A DNA stretch of 62,865 bases, the filler included, from Rhabdomonas costata (lineage: Eukaryota): assembly GCA_019059605.1 (NCBI GenBank). It is 43 parts of 43 records of this genome, joined end to end, with 100 filler letters (N's around TTAATTAATTAA, not from the genome) between each part and the next. Parts side by side here need not be neighbours in the genome. Positions count along the whole stretch, not along the records: positions 11,711 to 13,075 come from JAHMHO010018110.1; positions 13,176 to 14,540 come from JAHMHO010018111.1; positions 14,641 to 16,005 come from JAHMHO010018112.1; positions 16,106 to 17,470 come from JAHMHO010018113.1; positions 17,571 to 18,934 come from JAHMHO010018114.1; positions 19,035 to 20,399 come from JAHMHO010018115.1; positions 20,500 to 21,863 come from JAHMHO010018116.1; positions 21,964 to 23,328 come from JAHMHO010018117.1; 35 more parts are not named here. One strand, given 5' to 3'. The first letter of the stretch is position 1. Every line of letters begins with the position of its first letter. Positions 12,582 through 24,912 of this stretch are shown piece by piece. The translations under genes were made by a program, and so were the position numbers. Below the pieces are notes generated by a model. It worked only from the letters and a program-made list of their open reading frames with translations, was not told where the DNA came from and did not search any database.

Positions 12582-13229
12582 GCTCGGAGAAAAATGAAAG
12601 ATCGAGATGAAAAAGAAGCGCTAACGTTTACGTGAAGATAGCTCGATCAGTCTGACCAGGAAAGATTCAGTCACAAAAATATGGCTCCCTTAAAACCTGG
12701 TCACAGGCATGGCGCTGTCCTGCAAATGCAAGAGGGGGTGCCCGCATTGCTTTTCGGGAAACTCCGCTAGCCAAGATCCTCTAAGTTCCATCGCGAATCT
12801 AGCTAACTTGCTCTTCCGATAAGTGTACAGCAGACTACACCGTGAAGGGAGACCAGGGTACATCACAGGAGATCAGGCGGCAGAGCTAAATTCTTTGGTT
12901 CAAAATGGGGATTGAGCCCCAAGGAGATGTAACCAGTCTAATGGCGATCCCATCGGTTCAGGAAAAAAAACAGCGGCTGTTTCTGTACAAAGTTCGTTCC
13001 AGTTTTTCTGCAACCCTGGTCCAAATGCAGGGCCAAAAGCAAAACCAGCGGTAGACACTGCACGCACCAAAAACANNNNNNNNNNNNNNNNNNNNNNNNN
13101 NNNNNNNNNNNNNNNNNNNTTAATTAATTAANNNNNNNNNNNNNNNNNNNNNNNNNNNNNNNNNNNNNNNNNNNNCAAGCGACGCGATTTGGGCAAGGGC
13201 ACCTCTCTCCTCTTTGGCGCAGAAGCACC

Positions 13230-14177
13230 TTCAGAAGAGTCAGAACTTTAAGGCACTCGATGCTGTCCAGGGGGCTGGTGTTGAGCAGCTGCTGCAGAGT
13301 CTCCATGGCGGCCTGAAGCTCGTCGTCGGGATGCCTCGGAGTGAACGCCGTGATATCGCGGAAAGGCTCCGGCTGAAAACCATACAAGCGCACACAGAAG
13401 AATTGGGAAGAAAAAGGCGCAACCAAGAGAGAGAGCCAGGGAGTTTCTCTCAAGCTGGCCTTGTCAAGATGGCACTACGCTCCACTCTCTCGCGATGCTA
13501 GGAATTCTCACTCCTGGAGCAGCAACGTGAGCGTAGCGGCAGCCTGGCCTCCTGCAGGACTGAATGCAGCACCAATGTTATTGAAGCCGCTGGGTGGGTT
13601 GAACACCTTAAACCCGGGGGCATGGATGGCGTTGGCGACGTCAAACAGCCCCTGGCGCAGCGCGAGCGTGGTGAAGGGCTCGCCCGCCGCTGAGGCCAGC
13701 CTCGCCAGAATCATGATTTGGCGCACTAGAAGCCCGTCTGAGGAGTACTGGTTCATCGCCCGAACTGCCACCATTCCCAAAAGACGCAAAAAAAAAAGAA
13801 TGAATCCGCGGGGGCGCTGCTTGTGAGATGCAATCACGGGCTTCTTACTCACCAATATCATTTTGAGATGAAATAAGGCAAATGAGCACCTTTCTATAAT
13901 AGTTTATGTAAATAAAAGTTCTCTCTCCGCAAAGACACAAAGACATTCATGGTGTACGACGAGGTTTGATCCAAATATCACACAGGAATGTTTCAGAAGG
14001 ATGTGCCCCCCCACAAGCACGCGAAGCCCTTCGCAGTCCAACACAAATGCTCAAACCCATACGCACACAACCTAGGGGCTTGGTGCCATATGCCGAAGTG
14101 GCGATGGCGTCGGCAACCTTCTTCTTCCGCTCCGCGCCAGAGCCGTGCAGAAGCCGCACCAGAATCCCCACACACAA
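13230..14177 (-). CDS. Hypothetical helical protein, about three exons
   Basis: Three GC3-rich blocks (LCVGILVRLLHG..., RAMNQYSSDGLLVRQIMILARL..., PEPFRDITAF...LQQLLNTSPLDSIECLK) with AG acceptors. Some donors are ambiguous. Confidence 0.45.
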
Positions 14178-14640
14178 CTGTACGGGAGCCTGTTTTTGAC
14201 ATGAAAAAAATAAAAGAGGAGAGAGGTTGCTCTTGCGTCCTCATGCCTCGACCAGTCAGTATCCTCACTCCATAACCTTAATCCGCCACCAACTGCAACT
14301 GTAACACCCACTCAGGAATGCAACTGTCGGCGACTGCGACTAATTGAAGTGAAAAACAGGGAAATAGCGACAGCAAACCGTTAAGGAAGGAGCTCAACCT
14401 CTACGTACAACTGACTTACTCGTGTGACTTCCCATTCAGTGTCAGCCCAAGACGACCATATGAAAATCAAACAAAAACAACAAAAAAACCAAAAAAACAA
14501 AGGGTGAGGAAGGGCGGGGGGGTTACCTTGTCTGTAGCGTNNNNNNNNNNNNNNNNNNNNNNNNNNNNNNNNNNNNNNNNNNNNTTAATTAATTAANNNN
14601 NNNNNNNNNNNNNNNNNNNNNNNNNNNNNNNNNNNNNNNN

Positions 14641-16005
14641 GTTTTTGTGTGATTTTTACCCACATTCCCGTAGTTTTGGGCTACATATTTCCTCACCGAC
14701 ATCAACCTTTGTTGGAATTGATAAAGCTCCAAGTTCAGATTGTTACGCGTGAAATCACCTACGAGATCTCCTTCTACATGAGTCTAACGTATTTCGAATG
14801 GCTGGAAGGCTTATCAAGCACGATGCAATGGCGCTTTCAGACAATGAACGAGCGTAGCAGAAGCCAACACGAAGTTGCTTTCTCAGCGACGAAATCCGCA
14901 GCAGGTGGAGAGTCATAGAGATGGAATGCATACCATGCAAACCATAAATTGAACCTGTTCTTTTTGGTGATGTACCAGATGATACCAACACGTAGCAGTT
15001 CTACGCAGACAATGATCAAGAGAAAGTCAAGGAGTTTGTGAAGCGTTTGAAACAAGATTGGAAAGACATACAGGCCGCCTTTGAAAATAACCATGAAAGC
15101 ATGGTAGCTCAAGCCAACCGAAAACACCGGGACTATGAGTTCCGCGTAGGCGATCTGGTACTGGTCAACCAGAACAAACAACAGCGAGCCTACAAAGGCT
15201 TCAGTTTACCATTGTCACCGTGAGCCCTCGGACCGTTTTCGATAGAAAAGATAATGAGCCGCACGTCCATGCGTCTCAAAATCCCATTCGAAATCATTTG
15301 ACACTAGCCCCTGTCTCCCACACCAGCCAACTCATTCAACTACCAGGCACGGATCCTTGACCCTGTTGGTTTTCTACATGAAGACGGAGAAGAAGATGAC
15401 GCCTACGGCATTCATTCTCAACCTGGACCGCCTCCTCCTCCAACCGGTGATCAAAGGGTAGATGGCATCCGCGCAAGTATAACAACGAATGGGACCAGCA
15501 TTCTTAGACCATAACAATTGGACAGCCTCGGATTCCACCGCATCGGCAACAACTCATCAGGAGCCGTCTTTCAAGGAGCAATCACCATGCCGATCCCAGC
15601 TAACGACGACTTAGACGAAGACCCCTTTGACATCGCACGTGACCAAACGCCCCTGAGTTCTGTAAGACCCTTGTCTCTAACGACACCACCTGTTCCGGAC
15701 GATCCTCTTGAGTTGCCTGCTTAGGATCATCCCGTACCGAACGCGCAACCAGTTTCCTCAATAATGGAATCAGCACCATTGTCACCATACTACCGTTGGA
15801 TGATTTTCAGCCACTAACGGATGAGGATCACGATTCACCCGCGGCACGCGTTGGATCCAGGTCTATTAAAGGTACCCCAGAAGATGTCGCGCGTTGGATT
15901 CGCACGGCTCGAACATCAACCGAAAAAGAGGCCGAAGACGAGGCTTTTTCCTCCGCCAGCCAGACCTCAATGGTTCCCGTAGTTCCCAAGTCCTAACCAC
16001 CAAAA
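14641..16005 (+). mobile_element. Decayed Ty3/gypsy LTR retrotransposon: integrase C-terminal (GPF) region plus long acidic tail
   Basis: SMVAQANRKHRDYEFRVGDLVLV...LSP*ALGPFSIEKIMSRTSMRLKIP is the typical post-core integrase GPY/F segment. In-frame TGA at 15221-15223 and further stops. Confidence 0.85.
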
Positions 16006-16723
16006 NNNNNNNNNNNNNNNNNNNNNNNNNNNNNNNNNNNNNNNNNNNNTTAATTAATTAANNNNNNNNNNNNNNNNNNNNNNNNNNNNNNNNNNNNNNN
16101 NNNNNTTTTTTTTTGTCTTTTCTTTTGCAAATTTTTTGCAGTTTCCTTCCAGTTTTTGTTTGTAAAACAATGAGCTGGGCGGGAGGGGGACGCCCCCTGA
16201 GTGGTGCGGCTTCGGTCCGACAAAGTTGAGTCCTCTTGTATTTGTGGGTGGGGGCATGAAACGTTTCGAACTGCTAAACGGTCATACATTTCCTAAACCT
16301 CCTTGAATTATGAGTCCGTCCAGGGGGCAGAAAAACACTACACCTAAACCTATTTTGCAAAAACAAATGCACAACGAGGAAGTTGACAGAGTTTACCTAA
16401 TCCCTTTGCCCTAAAAATAACATCTCCAAAAATGTTTCTGATTCGGACGTTTCGCACCGCTGAGCGTTTAGCACTGCTAAGCAGGGCGACCCCTTGAAAC
16501 GACCCAACAAATCCGCCCGCTACGGCAAAGCCGCGGACTGGCGTCCGCACCTAAGATAATCGAATCCTTTTTGTATTGCGATCTCCTGGGAACCATTCAT
16601 CGCCCTTGCGATCATCACTGCTCTTGACCTAACAATCGTTTAGCAGTGCTCATCCCCCCACCACCACAAAAAAAACTACAATTGTCCCCAAACTTGTGCA
16701 AGTACCCAAACATGGCCTCCAAC

Positions 16724-17140
16724 CTGCAGGGTAGCTGAAGCAGAACGGCTTGATGTGAGATGGGAAGTCTCCCAAGGCGAGCAGCTGCCCGAAGCGTTCC
16801 AAGGAGTTGGCCAAGCTGGTGTTGTAGCCTGCAACGGGGTTAAGAGCGGGGGTATCATGACATAAAGTGTAGAAGTAGACAACCTCCAACTCTTCAACTC
16901 TTGAGACGTATAAATGTTTCGCCCCTCTCGTTTTGCATTGTAACACCCAAAAATACGGCAAAAACGCGGCAATCCAACCACTTGGCACCCTTCCGAAGAA
17001 CTGACGCGCACCTGGAAAGAACACCAATGCCTCAAACGCCGTGTCCTGGGTCGAGGTCCAGCCATCAACGGAAAGGCGGGTGTGCAGCTTCCCCACGGGA
17101 TCCGTACTGGGGCTTGAAGGTCCACGCAACGGGGACGGCA
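16724..17140 (-). CDS. DUF900-like alpha/beta hydrolase, exons 17140-17012 and 16828-16724
   Basis: Removing GT-AG intron 17011-16829 gives EALVFFPGYNTSLANSLERFGQLL....KPFCFSYPAG, matching the LVFxHGYN...R..QL...FSWP pattern. Confidence 0.7.
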
Positions 17141-19496
17141 CTGTTTTGTGTTAAGACAACAGAGTCTATTCATATGCGTCTCGCAAAGAGCTTTAATTAA
17201 TCGATTTTTGCCGGGTTATTGGGACTGCGGGGTGTGCACTGAGGATTTATTGTCCGATCCCAAGAAGAACAATGTAAAACCAGTCAATGAGTCAGGAATG
17301 TATACAGAGGGCTGACGGTATGATTTTGGAATACATCCAAAGCATTTCAAGAGGGAGCCTTGCATAGCTTTCCCAATGAACAAACCGCCCAAGACGTGTC
17401 CCAGTGGCAAAATGTGTTCAGTGCTCCCAAAAACAGTTAATCTACCCTGTACCAGAGCAAAACAACACACNNNNNNNNNNNNNNNNNNNNNNNNNNNNNN
17501 NNNNNNNNNNNNNNTTAATTAATTAANNNNNNNNNNNNNNNNNNNNNNNNNNNNNNNNNNNNNNNNNNNNGTGGGGGGGGTGGAAGGACATTCCCGCCAA
17601 ACCCTGCCGCAGGCCCTTCGTGAATAATGCAGAATAAAAGACTCACATTATTTTCCCCCGCAAAGGGAAGAAAAAGGTTCTACGAAGGACAAGAAATCAT
17701 CAGAGCGGTGGTGAATGGCAGGATGGCAGTGCTGGATGATTTGATCGTTTCTTTGACGTCATTCTCCCCAGAATGACTCGTTTCACTTGAAAGGCTACTG
17801 CTCGATGTACTGGTAGTTGATCAGCTCCGGGAAATGGGGGGCGTCGCGAGCAAAGCGCACGAAGAGTACCTGTGCTGCAGCGGGCTCGCAAGACACAGAA
17901 CAAACGGGAGCGCCTATTGCACGACAGAACCCGGTGGGGGTGAACGTTACAGTGGCTCATCAAGTGCTTCCTTTGCAACTACTCCGGATGGAAACCTCTA
18001 CCGATCAAGGTTGCCATGGGATCGTAATCTTGAAAGAAAAAGCGTTGGAGCATGGTGCAGTGCAGTACATTACAGCGTAAACTCAGAACTGCATCACATC
18101 ACATGGCTGGGTTTAAACCGGACCTTACCGTACCCTTCTTCACAAACAGCTGGTCACTGAATTCACAACTCACTAGATCAGTACAAAAGGGTAATCACAC
18201 GAAAAAGATCCCGCTTTCGGCGAAGTAGTCCCCTTCAAAGCGCTCCGTACCTGACTGCTTTTTCGGTTCATCACAAAACACGCTCCCAGACAACGGCAGA
18301 CTTTGAATGGAAACCCGTCACATACCATTTTCTGAGTTTCCGGGACTTTGCAAATTTGCTGCCTGGAAATCCACCGAACGACCAGAAACCAAGGGCAGAC
18401 GTACAAAGGACCGCACCCAGCCCAAGCTGTGAAAAATCGACTGGCAACAGTAGCTCCGGTATGCCCGTATTCGGAATGAGCAAGAAACGAGCTCAAACGT
18501 CCGGAAACTTCCATGGGGTCTTCTGTATCTGTTGCCTCCTACAACTCACAGGGCAGTGCAGAACACGGCCTCGGCGGTGCACCCGAACAGTAGGCTGCCG
18601 CCAAGCAGGGAGCGGGGGGCGAGACCAAGCCCCACCGGGCAGAACTGCCGCACAGGTGACGGATGCCCCTTGGCAAAGCCGCTGAAAAGAGATAGGGAGG
18701 GAGAGGGGAGAATCAATTCGATGGGGAAAGCCTCGCACGGGATGGGTCCTCCTCACCCTTTCGAAAAACTCTCCGGCTCCGCAGCAGCTGCTTGTATTTT
18801 CGGGGGGGGGGGGGTATTGATCGCAAATTCAAGTCTGGCCATGCCGCAGCTTGGCGAGCTCCCCAACCTTTTGGCAGCGTGAGAACTGCAACATAACAAC
18901 TTCTGTGCAATTGTAATATTCCAAACAAAAAAAANNNNNNNNNNNNNNNNNNNNNNNNNNNNNNNNNNNNNNNNNNNNTTAATTAATTAANNNNNNNNNN
19001 NNNNNNNNNNNNNNNNNNNNNNNNNNNNNNNNNNGTGGGTGGGTTTGGTGTTGGGTGTGATTCGCACGCTAGTTGCCCTGCTCTCCTGGAGATAGCAGGG
19101 CAACTAGCGTGCGAATCACGGCCAGAAAAATGTACGGACAAAACTCAGAATAAAAGCATCTTGAAAAGGCCCCCAAAAAAATTCATGGTCCCCTGTTCCT
19201 CGTGGGTCATTGTTGGGACAAAAACTGCGTGCAAGTCTTGGGGACTTCAAAAGCAAGCAAGGGAAGGTAGTGGTGCAAGAATTTCAGGGGGAGGACTATG
19301 CCTTAGGGTCAAAAAAGCCCTCGGGCAAGGAGTGCCAGAAAGCTTCAGAATTATTTGGGTTGGAGAGAATCTTTTTAAATTGGGTTTTGTCGCATGTGCT
19401 TAATCGTTTTTAAAGTGCATACAGGGAACAATTGAGGGATGGAAAGGGAGCACGTCGAAGTCTGCTCGGTCGAATGTGGCGGCGCGCCCAGCAGAC

Positions 19497-19757
19497 CTTC
19501 TGTTCAGGGTGAAATTCAGCTTTCTTTGCGCATCCAGCTGAGTCCTCAGCTCAGCAAGCTGCTCCTGGCACCGTGCACTGGTGCATTCTGCACTTCCGGA
19601 GATGAGGGCCCTGCCCCTGGGTGGTGTGGACTCAGGGCTTCCGTCACTGGGCGTGGCGATGGGAGGCCGCCGCTGCTCGAGCTCCGCGATGCGAGCCCGG
19701 GCAGAGTTTAGCTCCGCCTGGAGCTGCTGCACGGAAGCCGTGGCCGCCAGCGAGGAC
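19497..19757 (-). CDS. Coiled-coil protein exon
   Basis: SLAATASVQQLQAELNSARARIAELEQ and CQEQLAELRTQLDAQRKLN heptad patterns. Acceptor ttttcctaAG, donor GAAG|GTCTGC. Confidence 0.5.
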
Positions 19758-20237
19758 CTTAGGAAAAGCCAACAGGATGAATCCACATCCCTATCCCAGA
19801 CATCCGCACCCACTGGCGTCACGGAAATGCGCATCCGCCCCATGCGCTTTGTTGTGTGAAAAAGTGAGAAGCGAAAATCTACAGCTAATGTCACAAACAC
19901 ATCGGGAAAAGATCGGTGTATCTCAGAATAATTTGAGTTTAAGAGCTTCCAATGAGCGAGATATGGTGATATTGTGAACAAAAGACGACCTTTCACTTTC
20001 CCTAAAAAGGTATAGTCTTGGTAACACTCATTTCAACTTTCATGTTTGAGACGAGTATATACTACGAAAGAATATTGAGATTAAAATTATGACTCAGAGA
20101 GGCAAATTCAGGTCTCAACGTGCGGTTGCTGAAGGGTCAGCCGATGGATGGGGAGCCAATATGGATGTGAAAACACGCAAGCAACGGTTTTCATGAGAGC
20201 AACGGGGCGGATCAGGGTGATGCCCTTCTGGTCGTTC

Positions 20238-20396
20238 TGGGCTATGGGTTGATCTGTTAGTCCTAAGCTTGTTACTTTCTTTCATTGTCTGCGGTTACGA
20301 TCACTTTTCAGATGAAGAGTTGGTGAAAAGTGATCGTAACCGCAGACAATGAAAGAAAGTAACAAGCTTAGGACTAACAGATCAACCCATAGCCCA
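20238..20396. repeat. Perfect 73-bp hairpin at contig end (20238-20310 / 20324-20396), probable WGA fold-back
   Basis: Exact reverse-complement arms with a 13-nt loop, ending 3 nt from the contig edge. Confidence 0.85.
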
Positions 20397-20529
20397 AAAN
20401 NNNNNNNNNNNNNNNNNNNNNNNNNNNNNNNNNNNNNNNNNNNTTAATTAATTAANNNNNNNNNNNNNNNNNNNNNNNNNNNNNNNNNNNNNNNNNNNNG
20501 TGTGGTTGATGTGAGGGTGGGGGTTGACC

Positions 20530-20690
20530 TTTTGCTGGAGCTGGTACATCCACTCGTCGTCTTGGGCCTGGGCCACTGCGAGGACCTCGTAGACCTTTTC
20601 CGCCTTACCGTCCCACAGGGGCAGTATCAGGGCAAGTCGGCATTGCACCGTGTACTGGACCTGCGCGTGGGTCACGCTGTCGATAAGGAT
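20530..20690 (-). CDS. Exon of a hypothetical protein
   Basis: GC3-rich ILIDSVTHAQVQYTVQCRLALILPLWDGKAEKVYEVLAVAQAQDDEWMYQLQQK between cttcctcAG and AAG|GT. Confidence 0.45.
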
Positions 20691-22029
20691 CTGAGGAAGA
20701 GCATGACCGAAAACCGCAAAAGCACGAACCACCCCACAGCATAACAAATAACAAGCCTCAGAGACGCCGTGTGTCAAGACACGGGCAAATATAAACCAAA
20801 TGGATGGGATAGCGTGGGGCAAGAAGCGGCGTAAAAGGGATCCTAAGAGCCGAAGGGGCACCACAACCGGCCGAGGGGGAGGGGGAGCAACAGCCAAGGA
20901 CAGGCTACGCAACGTTTCTGAGATTTTATATCATGGCTTTAGGCCTGCTCCGTCTTAGCCCTCCTTAAATTGCCATTGAACCGATCGGATCGGAAAACTA
21001 ATAACGGGGGTCAGTGGGTGGGATCATAACTTGCGGTCCCATTTCCGTACATCGTAGTGCGGTCCGTGCAATCTTTCGGGGCGGGGGCGTTAAACGTAAA
21101 ACGGTGAGCAACGAGTCCAGGAATTTTTGTGCTGTTCTAACTGTAGAGACAGTGTTCCATAGAATCATTATCGTAAAAGCTTCAATCGATGTACAATGAT
21201 TTGCAGAGTGGAGACTCACCAAACCTCGTCGGGATGGGCACACAACACAATTATCAGCCCCAACTGCAAAAGGCGCCCCGAAATCTGACCACACCCCGAA
21301 GGGGACCAGCTTCGCCAGCTTCTGCAGAACCATTCCCCGAGGAATGCACGAGCTCACCACGGTGAAGGCCCTCTGCGTCTTCGTACCCATCGACCCAAAG
21401 CAGGCAGACCTGTGAGTACCGAATCCCATACCTCCGCCTATTGCAGTCAGTTCGCACCCACCGGAGCAGAACGGGCACACGAAAACAGTCTGAGTATCCT
21501 CACCACACGTCCCAACATGTCAGTAGGTGGCTTTTGGGCAACATTCACTGCACCTTTGGTTTGCGGACTTAGGGATACAAAACACAGAAATATCAGGTGC
21601 GATGCCTACAGCCCACCCGCCGCCAACCTGCTTCGAGCCGCTTTGTAGCGAACAATCTTGCCTTCCACAATATTTCAGTTTTTTCGAGAAGGTGGAGGAG
21701 GACGAATTGAGAGACAGGTTTCCTTTTTCTTAGACGGATTTCACACCGCTCAAGAAAAAGCAGAAAAACCCCAAAGCTTCGTCAGGGAAACCGAAACCGA
21801 AAAAAATTACACTCAGTAATGGGTCAATCCTCAATTCGAGTCTAGCCAATCAGCAACCACAAANNNNNNNNNNNNNNNNNNNNNNNNNNNNNNNNNNNNN
21901 NNNNNNNTTAATTAATTAANNNNNNNNNNNNNNNNNNNNNNNNNNNNNNNNNNNNNNNNNNNNGTGGGGGGTGGTGTTATGGGCATCTTCGGGGTCAGTG
22001 CGTTCGTCCATGTGGGTTGGAGGACCAAT

Positions 22030-22057
22030 CCATCTTCCATCTTCCATCTTCCATCTT
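22030..22057 (+). repeat. (CCATCTT)4 tandem repeat
   Basis: Four perfect units seen directly. Confidence 0.9.
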
Positions 22058-22315
22058 CGCTGTCCTACGCCTTTTCCTATTTATTCAGGATGCTCTGCTC
22101 ACAGAAGGCGCTTCGGCTTATGCAGCCACTCAAGCTGAGCTTTACAGCGCGTCATGCATTGCTCCGCCGTGCTTCAGGTTAATGCACCTCGACTCTCCAT
22201 CCTCGTCTACTTCGTAACATCGAGATTCTCATGACCCGATTTCAATCCGCCGGAAACTATCTTCTCTTCAACTATTTTCTCTCTCTTCAACTGGCGAAGA
22301 CCAACAAAAACTCAC

Positions 22316-22725
22316 GGCGGAACCGTGAACCGGGAAATGAGGGGCGTCGCCCTGAACTGCACAGAAAAGGTCAACAGAACGCATGCCGTGGGAAATTCTT
22401 CGGCGCCGCCGAGGATGCTGGTCCTGCTCCACCACTGCCCCAAGTCCCCCGAAGATGCCCATAACACCACAACACGCTGCGCCCCCGAAGAGCTCGGGGT
22501 GAGCACTCAGGCACCCCGGGCTTGGGTTGAGCGAGAAGGCGCTGTGCCCGCTTCGGCGACATGGCCTTGTGGGGCAGCCATCGTGGTCCCTGGCGGGCGA
22601 TTGAGGGGTGAGCTGGGCCCAGGTCCAGGTGCAGCAGTTCAGCACGGCCAGATCGTCGCGCAGGAACTGCCGAGTGGAGTAGGACACGGTTGCGCCGGAA
22701 GTACAGCCCCGGCGGCCCTTTTCAT
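22316..22725 (-). CDS. Kelch-repeat protein exon
   Basis: FLRDDLAVLNCCTWTWAQL...PCRRSGHSAF...MGIFGG follows the kelch pattern (Dl..l..t..W....P..RsgHsa...iFGG). Borders cccacAG and GCC|GTGAGT. Confidence 0.65.
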
Positions 22726-24912
22726 CTGTGGGGGCACCACACCACACAGGAAAAACAAGAATTTTTCACCTGCTAATCCCAGAGTTCTTTGTTCAAAGTA
22801 TGGACTTCATGTATAATTCATGCTGTGATGAGCCTACTCAAGCTTGCGATAGGTCGTTTCGCAGGAACGGCATAGTGGAGATGGACTCTCGGCGCCTTCT
22901 TGAGTGGGGGCACCCACCAGCCACGAAAAACTAACAGCTCGTCTGCAATCAACTTCTTCGGTGGCTTTCACATCCCTGCGGCAGTACAATTGTACAGCCC
23001 CCACTTGCTGGCGATTTCCCTCATAGCCAGTCTATGGGTCCCTCAAGTCCTGAGATCCGGGTATTAGGGCCTAATTTGCCTAGCACTGGATTTCAGCTCA
23101 GGCAATCGGAATCCCACACATACAGGAAGGTCCCGCCCAACTTCCGATCGCAATTGCCCCAGTAATTCAGCCCTCCGTGTAATAACGAGTATATGATAAA
23201 TGATAAACGAGTTCACGGTCTCTCCTCGGCGCCAAAAGTAATCAACCGTCCGGAAGGTTTACCCACAGTAAACCTTCATAATCCGAATAGGCTAAAATCC
23301 AAGAAGAAACACGGAAAGCCAAAAAACCNNNNNNNNNNNNNNNNNNNNNNNNNNNNNNNNNNNNNNNNNNNNTTAATTAATTAANNNNNNNNNNNNNNNN
23401 NNNNNNNNNNNNNNNNNNNNNNNNNNNNTTTTTGGTGTTCCACAGCAGACTTTTTCCTTTGAAAATATCTGCTGTGAGGTGAAAAGGTCTTGTTTAGAGT
23501 AGATGTCAATTTTTCTCTCACTTTTGAGGTGGCACGGGCAACTGCCACCTCAGAAATAAGCAGCGAGCGAAGCTAAGTTGTCTCTCGGGAAGTTTCCGTT
23601 TTGTTGCCGTATTTTGCTTCTGTATGCGGTCTGCGTCCCGTTTCAGATGGCTGCCATGATTGGGCTCAATAAAATTATCTTCAAGACGTACCCGTCCTAC
23701 CCGTACATTGGCCTTGAAGCCGCTGCCAAGACTTTTCTTTATGGTGCTTGCACTTTCTCCTGTAAGCTCAATTGTTTATGCCTGTAGGGTAGCTCGGGTT
23801 TTCAAAACTCATGCTTTCTTTTTCGCTTTCTTTTCTGGTCCTAGGATCTGTTCGAGTGGTTCGATCGTCTTCGGGCTCGCGCCTTTTCCTTTTTACAGAA
23901 TTGTTGCATCACTTAAACGTGGCTTTTTCTTCCATCTTGAGTGAATGAGCATATTGGTATTCGGATGCAAGGTGCAAGCCAAGCAGCCACGCTTACATTA
24001 TTACATTTTCTTCCTGGTTGAGTTGGGTCTTTGGGCAAAAATAATTTACTGCAGCAGTTCAATATCAAGGTCAATATCCGCCTGGTTCCTCCTCCAAAAA
24101 GGATTACCCGACCCCGCCGTCTGAAGATTAACCCGATCCTCCTTTATGGAAAGGGTATCGAGTTAACTTATTGCTTGGTTGTTCCAATGATGGGTGTCCA
24201 ATGGTGGAACCCGCCCCATACCAGCTCGGTCGTTGCGAGGACGTTCTTTGTACTCAGCCCTGCAGAAGTTCCACCGCAGTCCCTTGGAGATTGCCGCTGC
24301 CAGGGGGCTAACCGCGATTGGCCACAACCGGTGTGCCTCAGTTCAGGAATGGGGAAAAGGCCGAGAGTCGGGGCCAGGGTAACACCTTGGCTCACAACAT
24401 GCCCACTGAATCACCTGCTGGATCTGTAGATGCTTTGAACACATCTGAGGCAGCATGGGACTTCTTGGAAACTGCGGTTTTAGTTCGTCGCTAGCGTACT
24501 TTGGAGTTGCAACCCCATAAAAATGGCAGACATGACATTGCGCACGTCCTTGACGGCGTTACGATCAGTCGCGAGTTTTGAATTGCAAGGTTGCTTTCCG
24601 GAATTTTGCGCATCAAAAGTTTTGGGAACAAAAAGCGATGGCCATATTCTGGATGGATATTCTATTATAAAATGATGTCCATTTTTGTTTTTGGAAAGGT
24701 GGGTTTGCAGGGGGAGGGTGAAAAGGAAGGTTTTCTTTGCCTCTCAGCTATTTGGAGGATGTTCGCGCGCACAAGGGCATGTACACCACCACANNNNNNN
24801 NNNNNNNNNNNNNNNNNNNNNNNNNNNNNNNNNNNNNTTAATTAATTAANNNNNNNNNNNNNNNNNNNNNNNNNNNNNNNNNNNNNNNNNNNNGGTTGTG
24901 TGGGGGGCTCAG

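Noticed and set aside
12971-12995. gtttctgtac as a kinetoplastid/diplonemid spliced-leader gene
   Set aside because: Only about 10 nt match. The rest of the leader and the donor site are absent.
20238-20396. Perfect hairpins as pre-miRNAs, terminators or hairpin telomeres
   Set aside because: All are mismatch-free, sit at contig edges and end in primer-like stubs, which fits amplification chimeras.
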